A DNA stretch of 57,338 bases from an uncultured Thermoplasmatales archaeon (GTDB lineage Archaea; Thermoplasmatota; Thermoplasmata; Thermoplasmatales; GCA-001856825), in assembly GCA_964541025.1 (NCBI GenBank), contig CAZIOW010000003.1, forward strand, positions 1-57,338. Reading direction: 5' to 3'. The position numbers and the translations under genes were made by a program. Under the pieces are notes generated by a model, which ran no database searches, had not been told where the DNA came from, and worked only from the letters and a program-made list of their open reading frames with translations. Below, piece by piece: positions 57,271-57,338 of the stretch (positions within the stretch are counted from its first letter, which is position 1; every line of letters starts with the position of its first letter).

Positions 57271-57338
57271 TTACTTGAATAAACCAGCTGACCTCCTCTC
57301 GATCTCCTTCTCCTCCCTGAGCCTTGCAACGTTTACCC
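57271..57338 (-). CDS. 3' end of an unidentified CDS entering from beyond the window
   Basis: The open frame reads '...VNVARLREEKEIERRSAGLFK' then TAA at 57273-57271. It is too short to identify. Confidence 0.2.
   Translation of the reverse strand, partial: VNVARLREEKEIERRSAGLFK

Noticed and set aside
1-57338. Scan for CRISPR arrays, IS elements or transposases, rRNA genes and long direct DNA repeats
   Set aside because: Reading both strands, I saw no regularly spaced repeats, no transposase- or integrase-like ORFs and no rRNA-like sequence. The repetitive appearance of the giant AglB extension is at the protein-composition level, not tandem DNA repeats.

Overview
Gene-dense, AT-rich archaeal chromosomal window. 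The archaeal assignment rests on an A1Ao ATP synthase operon, ribosomal protein S3Ae, AglB, Nob1, EndA, pyruvoyl arginine decarboxylase and an intron-containing tRNA. The gene content and the atpKECFABD-HI order look Thermoplasmata-like, but that is inference only.

Most of the window is housekeeping:
- Translation and RNA processing: pheT, gltX, leuS, a Nog1-type GTPase, S3Ae, three tRNAs, Nob1 and EndA.
- Energy: nine atp genes and a por-ior 2-oxoacid:ferredoxin oxidoreductase supercluster.
- Cofactor and nucleotide genes: pdxS, purC, nadK, a panE-like gene and an HPS-RraA fusion.

Genes are packed very tightly. There are many ATGA start/stop overlaps and several tail-to-tail overlaps.

The standout is a single ORF of about 2,040 codons (23530-29658). 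A complete AglB/STT3 oligosaccharyltransferase core is fused to an ectodomain of more than 1,100 aa that is saturated with N-glycosylation sequons. The protein ends in its own C-terminal membrane anchor. It is translationally coupled to a small sequon-rich surface protein that carries a similar C-terminal tail.

Other points worth a second look:
- The S3Ae stop codon lies inside the tRNA-Met gene.
- A PfkB kinase lies in-frame behind pdxS, and its conserved N-terminus has no canonical start codon.
- Two convergent genes overlap by 188 nt.
- tRNA-Gly has C at T-loop position 55.
- An atypical small GTPase is coupled to endA.
- An uncharacterised two-gene module is coupled to a crotonase.

I saw no CRISPR array, IS element, rRNA gene or intein.
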